A program made the position numbers and the translations under genes. DNA of 64,000 nucleotides from Escherichia coli (GTDB lineage: Bacteria; Pseudomonadota; Gammaproteobacteria; Enterobacterales; Enterobacteriaceae): the NCBI RefSeq assembly GCF_013122565.1, contig NZ_CP053258.1. The stretch is one strand, 5' to 3'. Shown piece by piece: positions 48,242 to 59,286 of this stretch (positions are counted from its first letter, which is position 1; the number at the start of each line of letters is the position of its first letter). The notes under the pieces are model-generated. The model was given only the letters and a program-made list of their open reading frames with translations. It was not told the DNA's origin and did no database searches.

Positions 48242-48715
48242 ATGAACTACGAGATTAAGCAGGAAGATAAACGTACCGTTGCAGGTTTCCATCTCGTTGG
48301 CCCGTGGGAACAGACGGTAAAGAAAGGTTTTGAGCAGTTGATGATGTGGGTAGATAGCCAAAATATTGTGCCGAAGGAGTGGGTTGCTGTCTATTACGAC
48401 AATCCAGATGAAACACCCGCCGAAAAATTACGCTGCGACACCGTCGTGACGGTGCCGGGTTACTTTACGCTCCCCGAAAACAGTGAGGGCGTCATTCTGA
48501 CAGAAATTTCAGGTGGTCAGTATGCGGTGGCGGTAGCTCGTGTAGTCGGTGATGATTTTGCTAAACCCTGGTATCAGTTCTTTAATAGCCTCTTGCAGGA
48601 CAGTGCTTATGAAATGTTACCAAAGCCCTGCTTCGAGGTTTATTTGAACAATGGCGCGGAAGATGGGTACTGGGATATCGAAATGTATGTTGCGGTGCAG
48701 CCAAAACATCACTAA
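48242..48715 (+). CDS. sbmC: DNA gyrase inhibitor SbmC (GyrI)
   Basis: 157 aa starting [36 protein letters not shown]; synteny. Confidence 0.95.
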   Translation: MNYEIKQEDKRTVAGFHLVGPWEQTVKKGFEQLMMWVDSQNIVPKEWVAVYYDNPDETPAEKLRCDTVVTVPGYFTLPENSEGVILTEISGGQYAVAVARVVGDDFAKPWYQFFNSLLQDSAYEMLPKPCFEVYLNNGAEDGYWDIEMYVAVQPKHH

Positions 48716-48913
48716 TTCATCTCAGGGCGGTGTGTTAACGCGATGACCACTCTTTTTTTTGAAAGCGAAAAGAGTAAGATGCGCCTTTCAATTTTTTCGC
48801 TCCTGCCGGGAAATTACACTGTTCCCGGTTTGTCCGTCGGATAATTCAGAGGCGCGCCTTCTGGCCGACAGATGAGTTATGAGCGCTTTTAATCTTCATT
48901 ACGGAGTTTCTGC

Positions 48914-49972
48914 GTGCGTGCCGATAAGTCATTATGCCCGTTTGAAATCCGGGTATACCGCCATTACCGCATTGTGCATGGTACTCGGGTCGCGCTGGCA
49001 TTCCTGCTCACTTTTCTCATTATCCGCCTGTTTACTATCCCGGAAAGCACCTGGCCGCTGGTCACCATGGTGGTGATTATGGGGCCAATCTCGTTCTGGG
49101 GTAACGTTGTCCCTCGCGCCTTCGAACGTATTGGCGGTACGGTGTTGGGTTCGATATTAGGTCTTATCGCTCTGCAACTGGAGTTAATCTCGTTACCGCT
49201 GATGTTAGTCTGGTGCGCGGCGGCTATGTTTCTTTGCGGTTGGCTGGCGCTGGGCAAGAAACCGTATCAAGGATTATTGATTGGGGTGACGCTGGCAATT
49301 GTTGTGGGTTCCCCGACAGGTGAAATTGATACGGCGTTATGGCGAAGCGGTGATGTGATCCTCGGCTCTTTACTGGCAATGTTGTTTACCGGTATCTGGC
49401 CACAACGGGCGTTCATCCACTGGCGCATTCAACTGGCGAAAAGTCTGACCGAGTATAATCGGGTCTATCAATCAGCATTCTCACCGAACTTACTCGAACG
49501 CCCACGTCTTGAAAGCCATCTACAAAAACTCCTGACCGATGCCGTGAAAATGCGTGGGCTGATTGCGCCCGCCAGCAAAGAAACTCGTATTCCAAAATCG
49601 ATATATGAAGGTATCCAGACCATTAACCGCAATCTGGTTTGTATGCTGGAGTTGCAAATCAATGCATACTGGGCCACGCGCCCCAGCCATTTCGTGTTAT
49701 TGAACGCGCAAAAACTTCGTGATACCCAGCACATGATGCAGCAAATACTGCTGAGCCTTGTTCATGCGTTGTACGAAGGTAATCCGCAGCCGGTTTTTGC
49801 CAATACGGAAAAATTGAACGATGCTGTGGAAGAGCTGCGTCAGTTGCTCAATAACCACCATGACCTTAAGGTTGTGGAAACACCAATCTATGGTTATGTG
49901 TGGCTGAACATGGAAACGGCACATCAGCTTGAGTTGCTATCGAATCTGATTTGCCGGGCCTTGCGCAAATAA
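48914..49972 (+). CDS. yeeA: Inner membrane protein YeeA (FUSC-like)
   Basis: 352 aa starting MRADKSL…FEIRVYRHYRIVHGTRVALAFLLTF; hydrophobic N-terminal half; synteny. Confidence 0.85.
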   Translation: MRADKSLCPFEIRVYRHYRIVHGTRVALAFLLTFLIIRLFTIPESTWPLVTMVVIMGPISFWGNVVPRAFERIGGTVLGSILGLIALQLELISLPLMLVWCAAAMFLCGWLALGKKPYQGLLIGVTLAIVVGSPTGEIDTALWRSGDVILGSLLAMLFTGIWPQRAFIHWRIQLAKSLTEYNRVYQSAFSPNLLERPRLESHLQKLLTDAVKMRGLIAPASKETRIPKSIYEGIQTINRNLVCMLELQINAYWATRPSHFVLLNAQKLRDTQHMMQQILLSLVHALYEGNPQPVFANTEKLNDAVEELRQLLNNHHDLKVVETPIYGYVWLNMETAHQLELLSNLICRALRK

Positions 49973-50143
49973 TTCCTGAACTTCAGAATCATCTTGCTGC
50001 TGCTTCGATTCAGCAAGGATAAAGGGTATGATAGTGAAAAGGGATAAAAGCATTGTCATCTGCGGCAGCTATGAGTAATGTTGGCCCTAACGAATAGCGG
50101 TTGCTTAAACGAATCCGACTCTCACATTATCAGGGGTATAAAA

Positions 50144-50473
50144 ATGGAAACTACCAAGCCTTCATTCCAGGACGTACTGGAATTTGTTCGTCTGTTCCGT
50201 CGTAAGAACAAACTGCAACGTGAAATTCAGGACGTTGAGAAAAAGATCCGTGACAACCAGAAGCGCGTCCTGCTGCTGGACAACCTGAGCGATTACATCA
50301 AGCCGGGGATGAGCGTTGAAGCAATCCAGGGCATCATCGCCAGCATGAAAGGTGACTATGAAGATCGCGTTGACGATTACATCATCAAAAATGCCGAGCT
50401 CTCCAAAGAACGCCGCGATATCTCCAAAAAGCTGAAAGCTATGGGCGAAATGAAAAACGGCGAAGCGAAGTAA
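50144..50473 (+). CDS. yeeX: UPF0265-family protein YeeX
   Basis: Track ORF 50078..50473; internal start [41 protein letters not shown] gives 109 aa. Confidence 0.85.
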   Translation: METTKPSFQDVLEFVRLFRRKNKLQREIQDVEKKIRDNQKRVLLLDNLSDYIKPGMSVEAIQGIIASMKGDYEDRVDDYIIKNAELSKERRDISKKLKAMGEMKNGEAK

Positions 50474-50488
50474 TTCCTGTTTTATTCA

Positions 50489-50513
50489 ATGAGGGTTGCC
50501 CGGCAACCCTCAT
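50489..50513. terminator. Palindromic hairpin between convergent yeeX and pduV (putative shared terminator)
   Basis: atgagggttgcc-c-ggcaaccctcat, a 12-bp perfect inverted repeat, with T-rich sequence on the plus side and ttgaataaaac on the minus side. Confidence 0.5.
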
Positions 50514-50573
50514 TGCTCATTGATTCTTTTCTGTGTATCACAGTCATCATTCCCATCTGATAACCTATCGAAA

Positions 50574-51017
50574 TTAGCGACAGACATCTTCTGTATGCAG
50601 CAAGGAAAAAAGTTCTGTAACTCCATTGTTATTAACCGCACTGGTTACTAACACGTTCTGCGCTCCAGCTTCCCGTAACCAACATTTCACCAAAGATATT
50701 TGTTCCATGCTGGCTAAATCTGCTTTGGTTACTACTCCAATGACCGGGCGATTCATTGACGAGGTAAAGCCTGGCGAAAAAGGTGACCACGGTGCGTCCG
50801 CATTAAGCACCAGCGCGATAATGTCTGCTTCGCAGGCACTGACCAACAGTGCACTGTAGAGGCTGCGGTTTTCGAGGTATTCGCCTGGTGTATCAATGGT
50901 GGTCGGGGACCAGACGATTGCCTGCGTTTTCTGATAATGAATATTTTCGCCACGCAGACATTGCGTGAGTGACGTTTTTCCGCACTGGCTGGGGCCGATG
51001 AGCATCATACGTTGCAT
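50574..51017 (-). CDS. pduV: PduV, EutP/PduV-family small GTPase associated with the microcompartment
   Basis: 147 aa; P-loop [15 protein letters not shown]; last gene of the pdu operon in this window. Confidence 0.85.
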   Translation of the reverse strand: MQRMMLIGPSQCGKTSLTQCLRGENIHYQKTQAIVWSPTTIDTPGEYLENRSLYSALLVSACEADIIALVLNADAPWSPFSPGFTSSMNRPVIGVVTKADLASMEQISLVKCWLREAGAQNVLVTSAVNNNGVTELFSLLHTEDVCR

Positions 51018-51021
51018 AATG

Positions 51022-51372
51022 TCAGGTCCGCGTAATGGGGCAGGCGGTAAAGCGCATCATTTCACCCAGCGTACGGGTAACCTGGCTAAGTGCATATTCA
51101 ATTGCAGAAACATCACCAGTCAGCACTACGGCACCGGTAAAACGATCAAGAAAACCGATCTCTACAGCGCCTGATTTTGTGGCGATATCGCATGCGATGA
51201 TAGATGCTTCGCTGGGGGTAATCGTCAGAATGCCAATAGCAGAAACGGTGTCTGGTAAACCCAATTTCTTAAACAGATCCTTCCCTGGATTGGCGATGAC
51301 ATGTGCCAGCGTGACCTGCTTACCAGGGACATATTCCTGAATCATCCGTTCAGTTGTGTGCTGAGTTGTCAT
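51022..51372 (-). CDS. pduU: PduU, microcompartment shell protein (circularly permuted BMC domain)
   Basis: 116 aa from the internal ATG overlapping the pduT stop (TAATG); …[32 protein letters not shown]… matches recalled PduU/EutS-type sequence. Confidence 0.85.
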   Translation of the reverse strand: MTTQHTTERMIQEYVPGKQVTLAHVIANPGKDLFKKLGLPDTVSAIGILTITPSEASIIACDIATKSGAVEIGFLDRFTGAVVLTGDVSAIEYALSQVTRTLGEMMRFTACPITRT

Positions 51373-51926
51373 TATCCCTCCACCATCTGACGCCACATGG
51401 CTTCATGTGGGCGGGCAATCACCGACCGATAGACCAACAAACCTTTTTCCCCCGCACGCTCGCTGGCGACAGAGACCGCGTTATTAACATCTGAAATATC
51501 GCCAGCAACCACCATGTAGCATTTACCGCCAATGCCAAAAGCCATATGCACGCGAACGAGAATGACATTCGCAGCTTTGACTGCACAATCGGCAGCGTCA
51601 ATGCAGGCGGCGACACTCCAGGTTTCGACTACGCCGACAGCCCGGTGCTGTTCAGCATGGTTAAGTCCGCTGATTGCAGAAAGGATGCTGGGATGAATAT
51701 TCGGCAGGACAAGACTGTCGACCAGCATTTCGCCAGCAAGGGAAGCGCCGCTGTTGATGGCCTGTTGCACCGCGCCCACATCGCCACCGAGCATCAGTAG
51801 AAATTTTCCGGGGCATAGCGTTTTGCTGACCAGTAACTCAACGTTGGCGCTTTTCAGCATGGCATCGCCGGTTTCCATCCCTTTCGCGATACTGCTAAGT
51901 TCTAAAATACCTACCGCTTTCGACAT
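51372..51926 (-). CDS. pduT: PduT, tandem-BMC-domain shell protein (Fe-S binding)
   Basis: 184 aa starting [32 protein letters not shown]; two BMC repeats. Confidence 0.9.
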   Translation of the reverse strand: MSKAVGILELSSIAKGMETGDAMLKSANVELLVSKTLCPGKFLLMLGGDVGAVQQAINSGASLAGEMLVDSLVLPNIHPSILSAISGLNHAEQHRAVGVVETWSVAACIDAADCAVKAANVILVRVHMAFGIGGKCYMVVAGDISDVNNAVSVASERAGEKGLLVYRSVIARPHEAMWRQMVEG

Positions 51927-51928
51927 GG

Positions 51929-53272
51929 TTAACCTCTCACAAGCGTAATCGCGTTTTCTGTCACATCGCTGACCATGCCATCAATGCTGGCATGAATGGG
52001 GGCACCTAATGTGCCGTGTGGAATTTGACCTACACATTGTCCATGAACGACGCGATCGCCTTTTTGTACACACGCAATTGCGCTGGCACCGATGTGTTGG
52101 CGTAACAATAACGTCACTTTTTCGGGCTGAGGCACCTGTTCAGACAATGGCGCATCCTGATACCACGGGGTTAAGCCCAGTCTGGTTACCAGCCGTTTTA
52201 CGGGAATCAGTCGATAATTTGCCATTGGATCTGCAGGATTTAAGGCACCTTCGTAGCGGAGATTTTGTGCGCGTAATTCCTGCTTAAGCAGGCGGTTTAT
52301 GCGCATTGGTGAAATTCCTACCGGACAGGCGATGCTGGCGCAGACGTTGCACTCCGAACAGGTGAGCGCCGTCAGTAACAGTTGTGGCGTAGCGAGCTGT
52401 TGGTAGTTAACCGCACGTACTAATAAATGGGGTGCCAGTTCGTGACCGATTAAATGACGAGGGCAGAGATCGGTACACAAGCGGCATTGCTCACAAACAG
52501 TTTTCGCGACGGCAAGTACGCTGCGGTCATTCTGCATTCGACGTTGGATCAGTGAATGAGAGTTGGGTAAAACCAGCAAGCCGCCAGTGGTTTTGCTGAC
52601 TGGTGTGTCGAGCGATGTGATCAAACTTCCCATCGTCGGCCCGCCATTGATAAAACCAGGAGCATCTACTGTTGCGCCGCCCGCCAGCGCCAGGACTTCA
52701 CGTAAAGACATGCCGATGGGGACGGTTACCGTTATTGGTTTCGCCACTGCACCATTAACGGTGAGTGTGCGGCGCGTCACTGGATACTGTTGCTCGACGG
52801 CTCTGGCAATATTAAGTACGGTTTGAACATTATTGACCACCACACCGACGCTAACGGGTAATGCAGCGGGTGGAACGCGGCGACCAGTTGCCATCCAGAT
52901 GGTCAGCACTTCGTCTCCTGCGGGGTAAACGTCGGGCAAAATATGCAGGCGGATATCCGGTGGTAACAGTGGTGTGAGTGCGTTTATTGCCAGTTGATAT
53001 TTCTCTTTCAGCGCGATGATTCCGCTACTGGCCCCGGTGGCTTTCATCGCATAGTGAACACCGCGAAGCAGGCGGCTGGCTTGCTGCGCCATTAACTGTT
53101 GATCCACTTTCAACATGGGTTCGCATTCCGCCGCATTCACCAGGAAAGTGTCAACACGCGCTTGTAGCTTAATATGGGTTGGAAAACCTGCGCCGCCAGC
53201 ACCCACGACACCTGCTGCCTGTACTCGCTCGCGGATAGTCTGGTCGTCGCAGGAGGTTAATCCGACGTTCAT
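51929..53272 (-). CDS. pduS: PduS, cobalamin reductase (RnfC/NuoF-like flavoprotein with 4Fe-4S clusters)
   Basis: 447 aa; two ferredoxin-like cysteine clusters ([25 protein letters not shown]). Confidence 0.9.
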   Translation of the reverse strand: MNVGLTSCDDQTIRERVQAAGVVGAGGAGFPTHIKLQARVDTFLVNAAECEPMLKVDQQLMAQQASRLLRGVHYAMKATGASSGIIALKEKYQLAINALTPLLPPDIRLHILPDVYPAGDEVLTIWMATGRRVPPAALPVSVGVVVNNVQTVLNIARAVEQQYPVTRRTLTVNGAVAKPITVTVPIGMSLREVLALAGGATVDAPGFINGGPTMGSLITSLDTPVSKTTGGLLVLPNSHSLIQRRMQNDRSVLAVAKTVCEQCRLCTDLCPRHLIGHELAPHLLVRAVNYQQLATPQLLLTALTCSECNVCASIACPVGISPMRINRLLKQELRAQNLRYEGALNPADPMANYRLIPVKRLVTRLGLTPWYQDAPLSEQVPQPEKVTLLLRQHIGASAIACVQKGDRVVHGQCVGQIPHGTLGAPIHASIDGMVSDVTENAITLVRG

Positions 53273-54381
53273 AACAATTCCTCGAGCAGTTCTGCAATCG
53301 CGGAGGCATCAGCCGCATGCGGGTTGGTACGCAACGTTGCATCCGCCAGCGCCGCCTGAACCATATCTGGTATGCGTATTGACCATTCTGCTTTTTTTTC
53401 TTTCAGCGCATTGGCAAGAGTCGGCAGCGTACAGGTTGTTTTAAGCTGTTCAATATGTTGAATAAGTGCATTCAGGCTGGCGGTGTCATTGGCGTTGTCC
53501 GGGCATAAATGGCACGTTTTCGCCAGCCGGGCGTAGCGTTTGGCTGCGCGCGGATCGCCAGCATTAAAGCGGATAACCGCCGTGAGCAGGAGCGCATTCG
53601 CCAGGCCGTGCGGCAGATGAAACTGTCCGCCGAGTTGATGAGCAATTGCATGGTTTAAACCGAGTCCGGCCTGGCTAAAGGCCACTCCTGCAAGCGTCGA
53701 AGCATTATGCATTTTGCCACGGGTGGCAAGACAATCGCCTTTCTTCACTGCAGTGGGCAGGTATTGAAAAACAATTTGCACGGCTTTTTCGACCAGTGCA
53801 TCCGTGAAGTCGCTGGCGCGGGGAGAAACATAAGCTTCAAGCGCATGGGTTAAAACATCCATCCCGGTATTGGCCGTTATCGCCGGTGGCACGCTGACGA
53901 CCAGAGATGGATCAAGGATCGCGATATCCGGATAAAGTGCATTATCGAAAAGGGGATATTTAATCCCTTTCTCAGGATCGCTGATGACACAAGCACTGGT
54001 CACTTCGGAACCGGTACCGCTGGTGGTAGGAATGGCTACGCAGGTTTCAATTTCAATGCCACACTGGCGACCGAACCAGACAATCGCTTTTGCGGCGTCC
54101 AGGGCAGAACCGCCGCCAAAACCGATAACCACATCCGGGCGTAAAGTCTGCATTTGCGCAATGCCTTTCACCACGATCTGGATAGTTGGGTCAGGCGTTA
54201 TTTCGCTAAAAATACTGAGACGATTACTGTCGGGCAGCGCCTGATGCAACGTGTCAATGAGTGGTGAGCGTGCCAGAAAGGCGTCGCAAATAATCCAGAT
54301 GTGTTTATGAGAGAAACGGCTAAGTACCTTGAGACTTCCCGGTCCGCTGTATAAACGCGTCTGCAGTGAAAAAGTATTCAT
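53269..54381 (-). CDS. pduQ: PduQ, 1-propanol dehydrogenase (iron-containing alcohol dehydrogenase family)
   Basis: 370 aa; Fe-ADH motifs (…GGGSALDAAKAI…, metal-binding His residues). Confidence 0.9.
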   Translation of the reverse strand: MNTFSLQTRLYSGPGSLKVLSRFSHKHIWIICDAFLARSPLIDTLHQALPDSNRLSIFSEITPDPTIQIVVKGIAQMQTLRPDVVIGFGGGSALDAAKAIVWFGRQCGIEIETCVAIPTTSGTGSEVTSACVISDPEKGIKYPLFDNALYPDIAILDPSLVVSVPPAITANTGMDVLTHALEAYVSPRASDFTDALVEKAVQIVFQYLPTAVKKGDCLATRGKMHNASTLAGVAFSQAGLGLNHAIAHQLGGQFHLPHGLANALLLTAVIRFNAGDPRAAKRYARLAKTCHLCPDNANDTASLNALIQHIEQLKTTCTLPTLANALKEKKAEWSIRIPDMVQAALADATLRTNPHAADASAIAELLEELL

Positions 54382-54391
54382 TTCCGTTTCT

Positions 54392-55777
54392 CTAGCGAAT
54401 TGAAAAGCCGCTGGTTAACACGCAGCGTCGTGAGCGGGCAAAAGTCCGTGCTGACGTTGTCCCTTCTCCGGTCGGTGTTGCAATGGTAAAGGTCGTAAAG
54501 CCTTCGCCGCCGACGCCAATACCCGCCCAGGAGGGGCCGTTTTTGACAAAGATTGAGGTTTGCATAACGCGCGCAGCAAGGTTGAGCCGTGAGACGTTCT
54601 GCGAGTGCATAATTGCCGTGTGGTGCAAGCCGTCTTCCACTTTCAACGCCAGAGTGAGAGCGCTGTCAAAATCGTTGACCTTCACAATGGGCAGCATTGG
54701 CATCAGTTGTTCACAAGTAACCCAACTATCATCGGCGTCAACAACAGCAATCAGTAGGCGCGGCGCTTTTGCGGGCAAAGGGAGGCCCGCTGCTCCCAGC
54801 AAGGCTGATGGGCTTTTCCCAACCAGTTTTTTGTTGGTGCTACCGTCTGGCAGGCAAATTGCACGCAATTTCTCCGTTTGTTCACGGTTAAGAAGAAGTG
54901 CGCCAAAGCTTTGCATCTGCTGAATTAAATAATCTGCCACTGATGCCACGACAATCAGGCTTTTTTCAGCGATACACGGCAGGTTGTAATCAAAAGAAGC
55001 GCCGTTGATGATGTCCTCGGCGGCTTTCACAATATCAGCCGTTTCATCGACGATACACGGAGGGTTACCCGCTCCGGCACCAATCACTTTCTTGCCACTT
55101 TTCATTCCCATGGTGACGATCCCCGGACCGCCGGTAATCGCCAGAACGCTGATTTTAGGGTGCGCCATCATCTGTTCGGTGGCAGCAAAGGTCGGTTCAG
55201 ATACGGTAACGATCAGGTTATGAATGCCACTACAGCGAAACGCGATGTCTTCGATTGTGGTAATCAGTTTTAACGAAACGTATTTGGCTCCCGGGTGTGG
55301 ACTGAAGTAGACGCTATTACCTGCTGCCAGCATGCTGATGCTGTTGTTAATGATGGTTTCCGTGGGGTTGGTGCTTGGCGTGACCGAGCCAATAACCCCA
55401 AACGGAGAGTACTCAAACAAAACCATGCCACCATCACCGGTTAGTGCTGTGGTGGTTAAATCTTCAATTCCTGGCGTGTTATCAAGTGCCGCTTTGTTTT
55501 TTAGGTACTTATCTTCTTTATTTCCCATCCCCGTTTCTTTGGCGCTTTCTTCTGCCAGTTCGGTAAGGCGGGGCATTAATTCTTCGCGAATGGCGCTGAT
55601 AATGGCGCTACGGGTTTTAAGCGGGCACTGTTGAAAGCGTAAAAAGGCCTGGTGTGCTGCGCAGACCGCTTCATCGACAGTCTGGAAAATAGCGTTTCTT
55701 TGCGTTCGTGGTGTAGCGGGGACAAGTTGCTCACGCAGAATAATGCGGATCAGTGTTTCTAATTCAGAGTTATTCAT
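54392..55777 (-). CDS. pduP: PduP, CoA-acylating propionaldehyde dehydrogenase
   Basis: 461 aa starting MNNSELETLIRIIL…; aldehyde dehydrogenase catalytic Cys region (…NLPCIAEKSLIV…); close match to recalled Salmonella PduP. Confidence 0.92.
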   Translation of the reverse strand: MNNSELETLIRIILREQLVPATPRTQRNAIFQTVDEAVCAAHQAFLRFQQCPLKTRSAIISAIREELMPRLTELAEESAKETGMGNKEDKYLKNKAALDNTPGIEDLTTTALTGDGGMVLFEYSPFGVIGSVTPSTNPTETIINNSISMLAAGNSVYFSPHPGAKYVSLKLITTIEDIAFRCSGIHNLIVTVSEPTFAATEQMMAHPKISVLAITGGPGIVTMGMKSGKKVIGAGAGNPPCIVDETADIVKAAEDIINGASFDYNLPCIAEKSLIVVASVADYLIQQMQSFGALLLNREQTEKLRAICLPDGSTNKKLVGKSPSALLGAAGLPLPAKAPRLLIAVVDADDSWVTCEQLMPMLPIVKVNDFDSALTLALKVEDGLHHTAIMHSQNVSRLNLAARVMQTSIFVKNGPSWAGIGVGGEGFTTFTIATPTGEGTTSARTFARSRRCVLTSGFSIR

Positions 55778-56781
55778 TGGTTTACTCCCACGTTAATTGC
55801 CGCCATTGCGCTTTGGGCAATATCCATGTCTTGTTCAACGCTACCGCCGCTGATGCCAAGCCCGCCAAGCAATTTTCCGTCACGCCAGAGGGGGAAGCCG
55901 CCACCAAAAGTGACGACTTTTCCTTGCATATGGCTTTCGAGCCCGTAAAGCGGCGCGCCGGGTTGCACGGTATCAGCAAGCTTGTGGGTTGCCGTTTTCA
56001 TCGCCACGGCGGTCCAGGCTTTTTTCGGTGCCAGTTCACTGCTGACCAACAGGGCATCAGGCATCCGCCAGGTAACACTTTCTGTTCCGTTGGCATCAAC
56101 AATGCTGATGACAACGGGAATATGCAGTTCATCTGCGCGCATTGCCGCACTACGAATGAGTTGGTGAAGATCCTGAAAAGTGAGCGGCATTGTGCGTTCC
56201 TTCATTGCTGGTGTGTGGTTGGCTTCGTGATAACGTTTTGTGATTTCCTGAATTATCAGATTTTGATGAGCAACGTTGTCTTCCACGCGGGCGAGGGCAT
56301 ACAGGCAATCGGAAAGTCGGTTGATATAGTGCAGCAAAACATTCCGGACGGTGGTTTCCGTTGTCAGTTCAACCAGCCGTCTTTCAGCCCGTCGAGCCAC
56401 CGTGCGGGCGAAATGCATGCGGCTTGCGGCTTCACATCGACCAGGCAGAATGAAGCTGTGAACTGGGGGGACGGCGTTCATTGCACTATCGATCGCGTTT
56501 TCCAGCACGGCAATTTCTTCCGTACCGACGTAACGCTGCTGCGCTGACGGCTGTTCGCTTTCACTGGCGAGTTCGGCGCTAAACCAAAATATCTGTTGTT
56601 GAATGGCTTCCAGTAAGATGCGATGGCTTTCAATGGAGGTGGCGCAATAACACAGACTAAGTGTCGCGTTCAGTTCATCCAGCGTGCCATAGGTTTCGAC
56701 ACGTAGATGAGTTTTGCTTACGCGCTGTCCGGTAAATAAAGACGTACTTCCTGAATCACCTGTTCGGGTATAAATTGCCAT
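55774..56781 (-). CDS. pduO: PduO, ATP:cob(I)alamin adenosyltransferase with C-terminal domain of unknown function
   Basis: 335 aa starting MAIYTRTGDSGSTSLFTGQRVSKTHLRVETYGTLDELNA (PduO-type ATR signature). Confidence 0.92.
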   Translation of the reverse strand: MAIYTRTGDSGSTSLFTGQRVSKTHLRVETYGTLDELNATLSLCYCATSIESHRILLEAIQQQIFWFSAELASESEQPSAQQRYVGTEEIAVLENAIDSAMNAVPPVHSFILPGRCEAASRMHFARTVARRAERRLVELTTETTVRNVLLHYINRLSDCLYALARVEDNVAHQNLIIQEITKRYHEANHTPAMKERTMPLTFQDLHQLIRSAAMRADELHIPVVISIVDANGTESVTWRMPDALLVSSELAPKKAWTAVAMKTATHKLADTVQPGAPLYGLESHMQGKVVTFGGGFPLWRDGKLLGGLGISGGSVEQDMDIAQSAMAAINVGVNQ

Positions 56782-56792
56782 CTTTCAGCTCC

Positions 56793-57068
56793 TTAGCGCG
56801 AAAGCGTATCGACAATGCCGACCACTGCCAGGTCGATGGCCTCGTTAGGGCCGGAAAACACATGTCTGGCGCTGGAACCACTGCTGAGGAGTACCAACTC
56901 ACCAACGCCTGCGCCGACTGAATCAACGGCAACTTCGTCGCCGGTTAAAGGCGTGAGAGGCAGTTCGCCGTCAGCACTGACCCGGCGAACCAGCAGTAGT
57001 TTTTTCCCGATCAGAGAAGGTGATTTTTGCGTGGATACTACCGCGCCAGTGACTCGAGCCAGATGCAT
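56793..57068 (-). CDS. pduN: PduN, microcompartment vertex protein (EutN/CcmL family)
   Basis: 91 aa starting [30 protein letters not shown]. Confidence 0.9.
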   Translation of the reverse strand: MHLARVTGAVVSTQKSPSLIGKKLLLVRRVSADGELPLTPLTGDEVAVDSVGAGVGELVLLSSGSSARHVFSGPNEAIDLAVVGIVDTLSR

Positions 57069-57071
57069 AGG

Positions 57072-57563
57072 TTACTCCTGCCTGATTAACTGAATATTTC
57101 GGGTAATTGCCGCTTCACGAGCCAGTGCGGTCACACAACATTTCCGCTGTAACACCAGTATTCCAGAGCTTAACTGCGCAATATCGGCATAACTTAAAAG
57201 TCGATCACGATGAAGGTAGATCGGTTGCCCTTGCTCGTCGCACCAGCTTAGCGGTAGACGGGCGAGAGTCTTCAATTCAATGGCGTTCAGGAAATGATGC
57301 TGCAACGACAATTGAATGTGCATTCCCCAGGCTAACGCTTCGTGTATCTGGATTGCTGCTCGATCTGACGTTTCGTTCTCCGCAAGTTGTCGCAGCAGCG
57401 GCAGATCGACATATCGGATTTGTAATGACGCATACTGATGAACGCTCTCTTGAACGCTGGCGTCTCGCAGTTGAAAAACAGTCAGCACGAGTGTTTTTCC
57501 CGCACGTTGTTTAAGGCGAAAAACCACTTCGTCAACAATACGTTGCATCAGCATGTTATTCAT
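57072..57563 (-). CDS. pduM: PduM, microcompartment structural protein
   Basis: 163 aa; position between pduL and pduN; recalled PduM length. Confidence 0.8.
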   Translation of the reverse strand: MNNMLMQRIVDEVVFRLKQRAGKTLVLTVFQLRDASVQESVHQYASLQIRYVDLPLLRQLAENETSDRAAIQIHEALAWGMHIQLSLQHHFLNAIELKTLARLPLSWCDEQGQPIYLHRDRLLSYADIAQLSSGILVLQRKCCVTALAREAAITRNIQLIRQE

Positions 57564-58192
57564 GGCACTGACACCAGTGTGGCAAAAACGTCAGGGCTAT
57601 CAGCGCCTGCGGCGTTGGCCTCATCGGTATCAATATGCATTTCAAGACGCATATCCGGAGAGACGCGAACAGCGACGTTTTCGAATATCAGTCGTCGCTC
57701 ATCACCTTCAATGGAAACCGCCACTTTATCGCCATGCGTAACGCCATAAATCAGGGCATCCAGCGGAGACATATGAATATGCCGTTGCGCGACAATAACG
57801 CCAGATGTGATCTCCAGTTCCGCAAATGGGCTTATCAAACGAATCCCCGGAGTGCCGCTGAGATCGCCTGACATGCGTAGCGGGGCGGTGATCCCTAACG
57901 TTCTGGCGTCCGTACGGGAAATTTCCACCTGGCTTGCATTGCGTAGCGGCCCCAACAAGCGAACGTTGTGCAATTTACCTTTTGGTCCCTCCAACGTAAC
58001 AACCTGTTCAGCCGCGAATTGGCCAGGCTGCATTAACGGCTTTTTCTCGCTAATCGGTTGTTCAGGAAAAAGACGCAAATAATCCGCTGTTGAAAGATGA
58101 ATATGACGACTGGAAACACCCAGAGGGATAGGGCGCTCGCGCATCTCATCCAGAATCTGACTCACTGTTTCCTGCAAGGTTTGTTTATCCAC
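57560..58192 (-). CDS. pduL: PduL, phosphate propanoyltransferase
   Basis: 210 aa; starts MDKQTLQETVSQILDEMRERP… with a region …LGVSSRHIHLSTADYL… (PduL/EutD-type fold). Confidence 0.9.
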   Translation of the reverse strand: MDKQTLQETVSQILDEMRERPIPLGVSSRHIHLSTADYLRLFPEQPISEKKPLMQPGQFAAEQVVTLEGPKGKLHNVRLLGPLRNASQVEISRTDARTLGITAPLRMSGDLSGTPGIRLISPFAELEITSGVIVAQRHIHMSPLDALIYGVTHGDKVAVSIEGDERRLIFENVAVRVSPDMRLEMHIDTDEANAAGADSPDVFATLVSVP

Positions 58193-58194
58193 TG

Positions 58195-58617
58195 CTACTC
58201 CCCTCGCTTATTGGCGTGCAGGCAAAGTGAGCGGGGCTCGCCTTTTTGCCGCTGACATGCCGGGTCAAGACACAAATTACAACTGATAATCTCTGAGGTG
58301 ACGGTTGTTGCTGGTGTTTCGCTTGTTTCAACCGTCACAGTCAATGCTTCAGTTGTGTGGGGCAGGATGCCCTCTCCCGGGCGGGCAATCACTTTGTGTG
58401 CGACAAGGCCATTTCGCTGTCCGGCGAAACTGGCTCCCGTCGCGATCGCCGCATTAACCGAGGCGACGTCACCGTTGATTTTGATGAGCGTCCAGCCTGA
58501 GCCATTGGTCTTCTCAAGGCCAACCAGCGTGATGGACGCGGCTTTTGCCATAGCGTCTGCGCAACTGATGGCGAGTGCCAGACCACTGACTTCAAGTAAT
58601 CCCAGTGATTGCTTCAC
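58195..58617 (-). CDS. pduK: PduK, BMC-domain shell protein with C-terminal Cys-rich extension
   Basis: 140 aa starting MKQSLGLLEVSGLALAISCADAMAKAASITLVGLEK; C-terminal CNLCLDPACQRQ motif. Confidence 0.88.
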   Translation of the reverse strand: MKQSLGLLEVSGLALAISCADAMAKAASITLVGLEKTNGSGWTLIKINGDVASVNAAIATGASFAGQRNGLVAHKVIARPGEGILPHTTEALTVTVETSETPATTVTSEIISCNLCLDPACQRQKGEPRSLCLHANKRGE

Positions 58618-58640
58618 GCTGTGCTCCTTAGCAAATGGGG

Positions 58641-58916
58641 TTATGCCGATTTAGGTAAAATAGCCTCAACATCACTGTGTGGACGCGGGATGACATGGCA
58701 GGATTTCACTTCGCCAACGGCGCTTGCCGCAGCGCTACCCGCATCAACGGCGGCCTTTACTGCGCCAACATCACCGCGGACCATAACCGTAATCAGACCC
58801 GAACCAATCTTTTCATAGCCAACCAGCTGCACGTTGGCGGATTTAACCATGGCATCTGCAGCTTCAATTGCGCCAACTAACCCTTTTGTTTCAACCAGTC
58901 CTAGTGCGTTGTTCAT
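58641..58916 (-). CDS. pduJ: PduJ, major hexameric BMC shell protein
   Basis: 91 aa starting [41 protein letters not shown] (canonical BMC-H). Confidence 0.92.
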   Translation of the reverse strand: MNNALGLVETKGLVGAIEAADAMVKSANVQLVGYEKIGSGLITVMVRGDVGAVKAAVDAGSAAASAVGEVKSCHVIPRPHSDVEAILPKSA

Positions 58917-58935
58917 ACAGCGTTTCTCCTGTGGA

Positions 58936-59286
58936 TTATGAGTGGCATTCCCTGAAGGGAATGCCTTTTACCAGGCGGGCAGCGTTATTGCCGATGCTGC
59001 GCCGGGCATGGTTATCTTGTTGATACATCAGCGTAAACAGTGGCGCTGATGCCGGTAAGTTTTTGTAATGCACAATCAGCTTTTCCCGGTCGCAGGCTAT
59101 GCCAACCAACAGGGGGGACTGACGAGCAGCCTGCCAGGCGCTATCGATGACTTCACCTGACGGGATATGTTGAATGCGAAAGGGGATGCCTTCCTCTTCA
59201 ATGCCAAGAAGCACCTCATTCCATGTACTGATACAGTCACCTATTTCCGTAACGACAATAGCGGGCGTATGTTCTTTACTTTCCAT
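58936..59286 (-). CDS. pduH: PduH, diol dehydratase reactivase small subunit
   Basis: 116 aa; follows pduG with an 11-nt overlap. Confidence 0.85.
   Translation of the reverse strand: MESKEHTPAIVVTEIGDCISTWNEVLLGIEEEGIPFRIQHIPSGEVIDSAWQAARQSPLLVGIACDREKLIVHYKNLPASAPLFTLMYQQDNHARRSIGNNAARLVKGIPFRECHS

Noticed and set aside
55753-56547. 264-aa ORF on the plus strand
   Set aside because: Antisense to pduO/pduP; no supporting motifs, and the minus-strand genes match known Pdu proteins.
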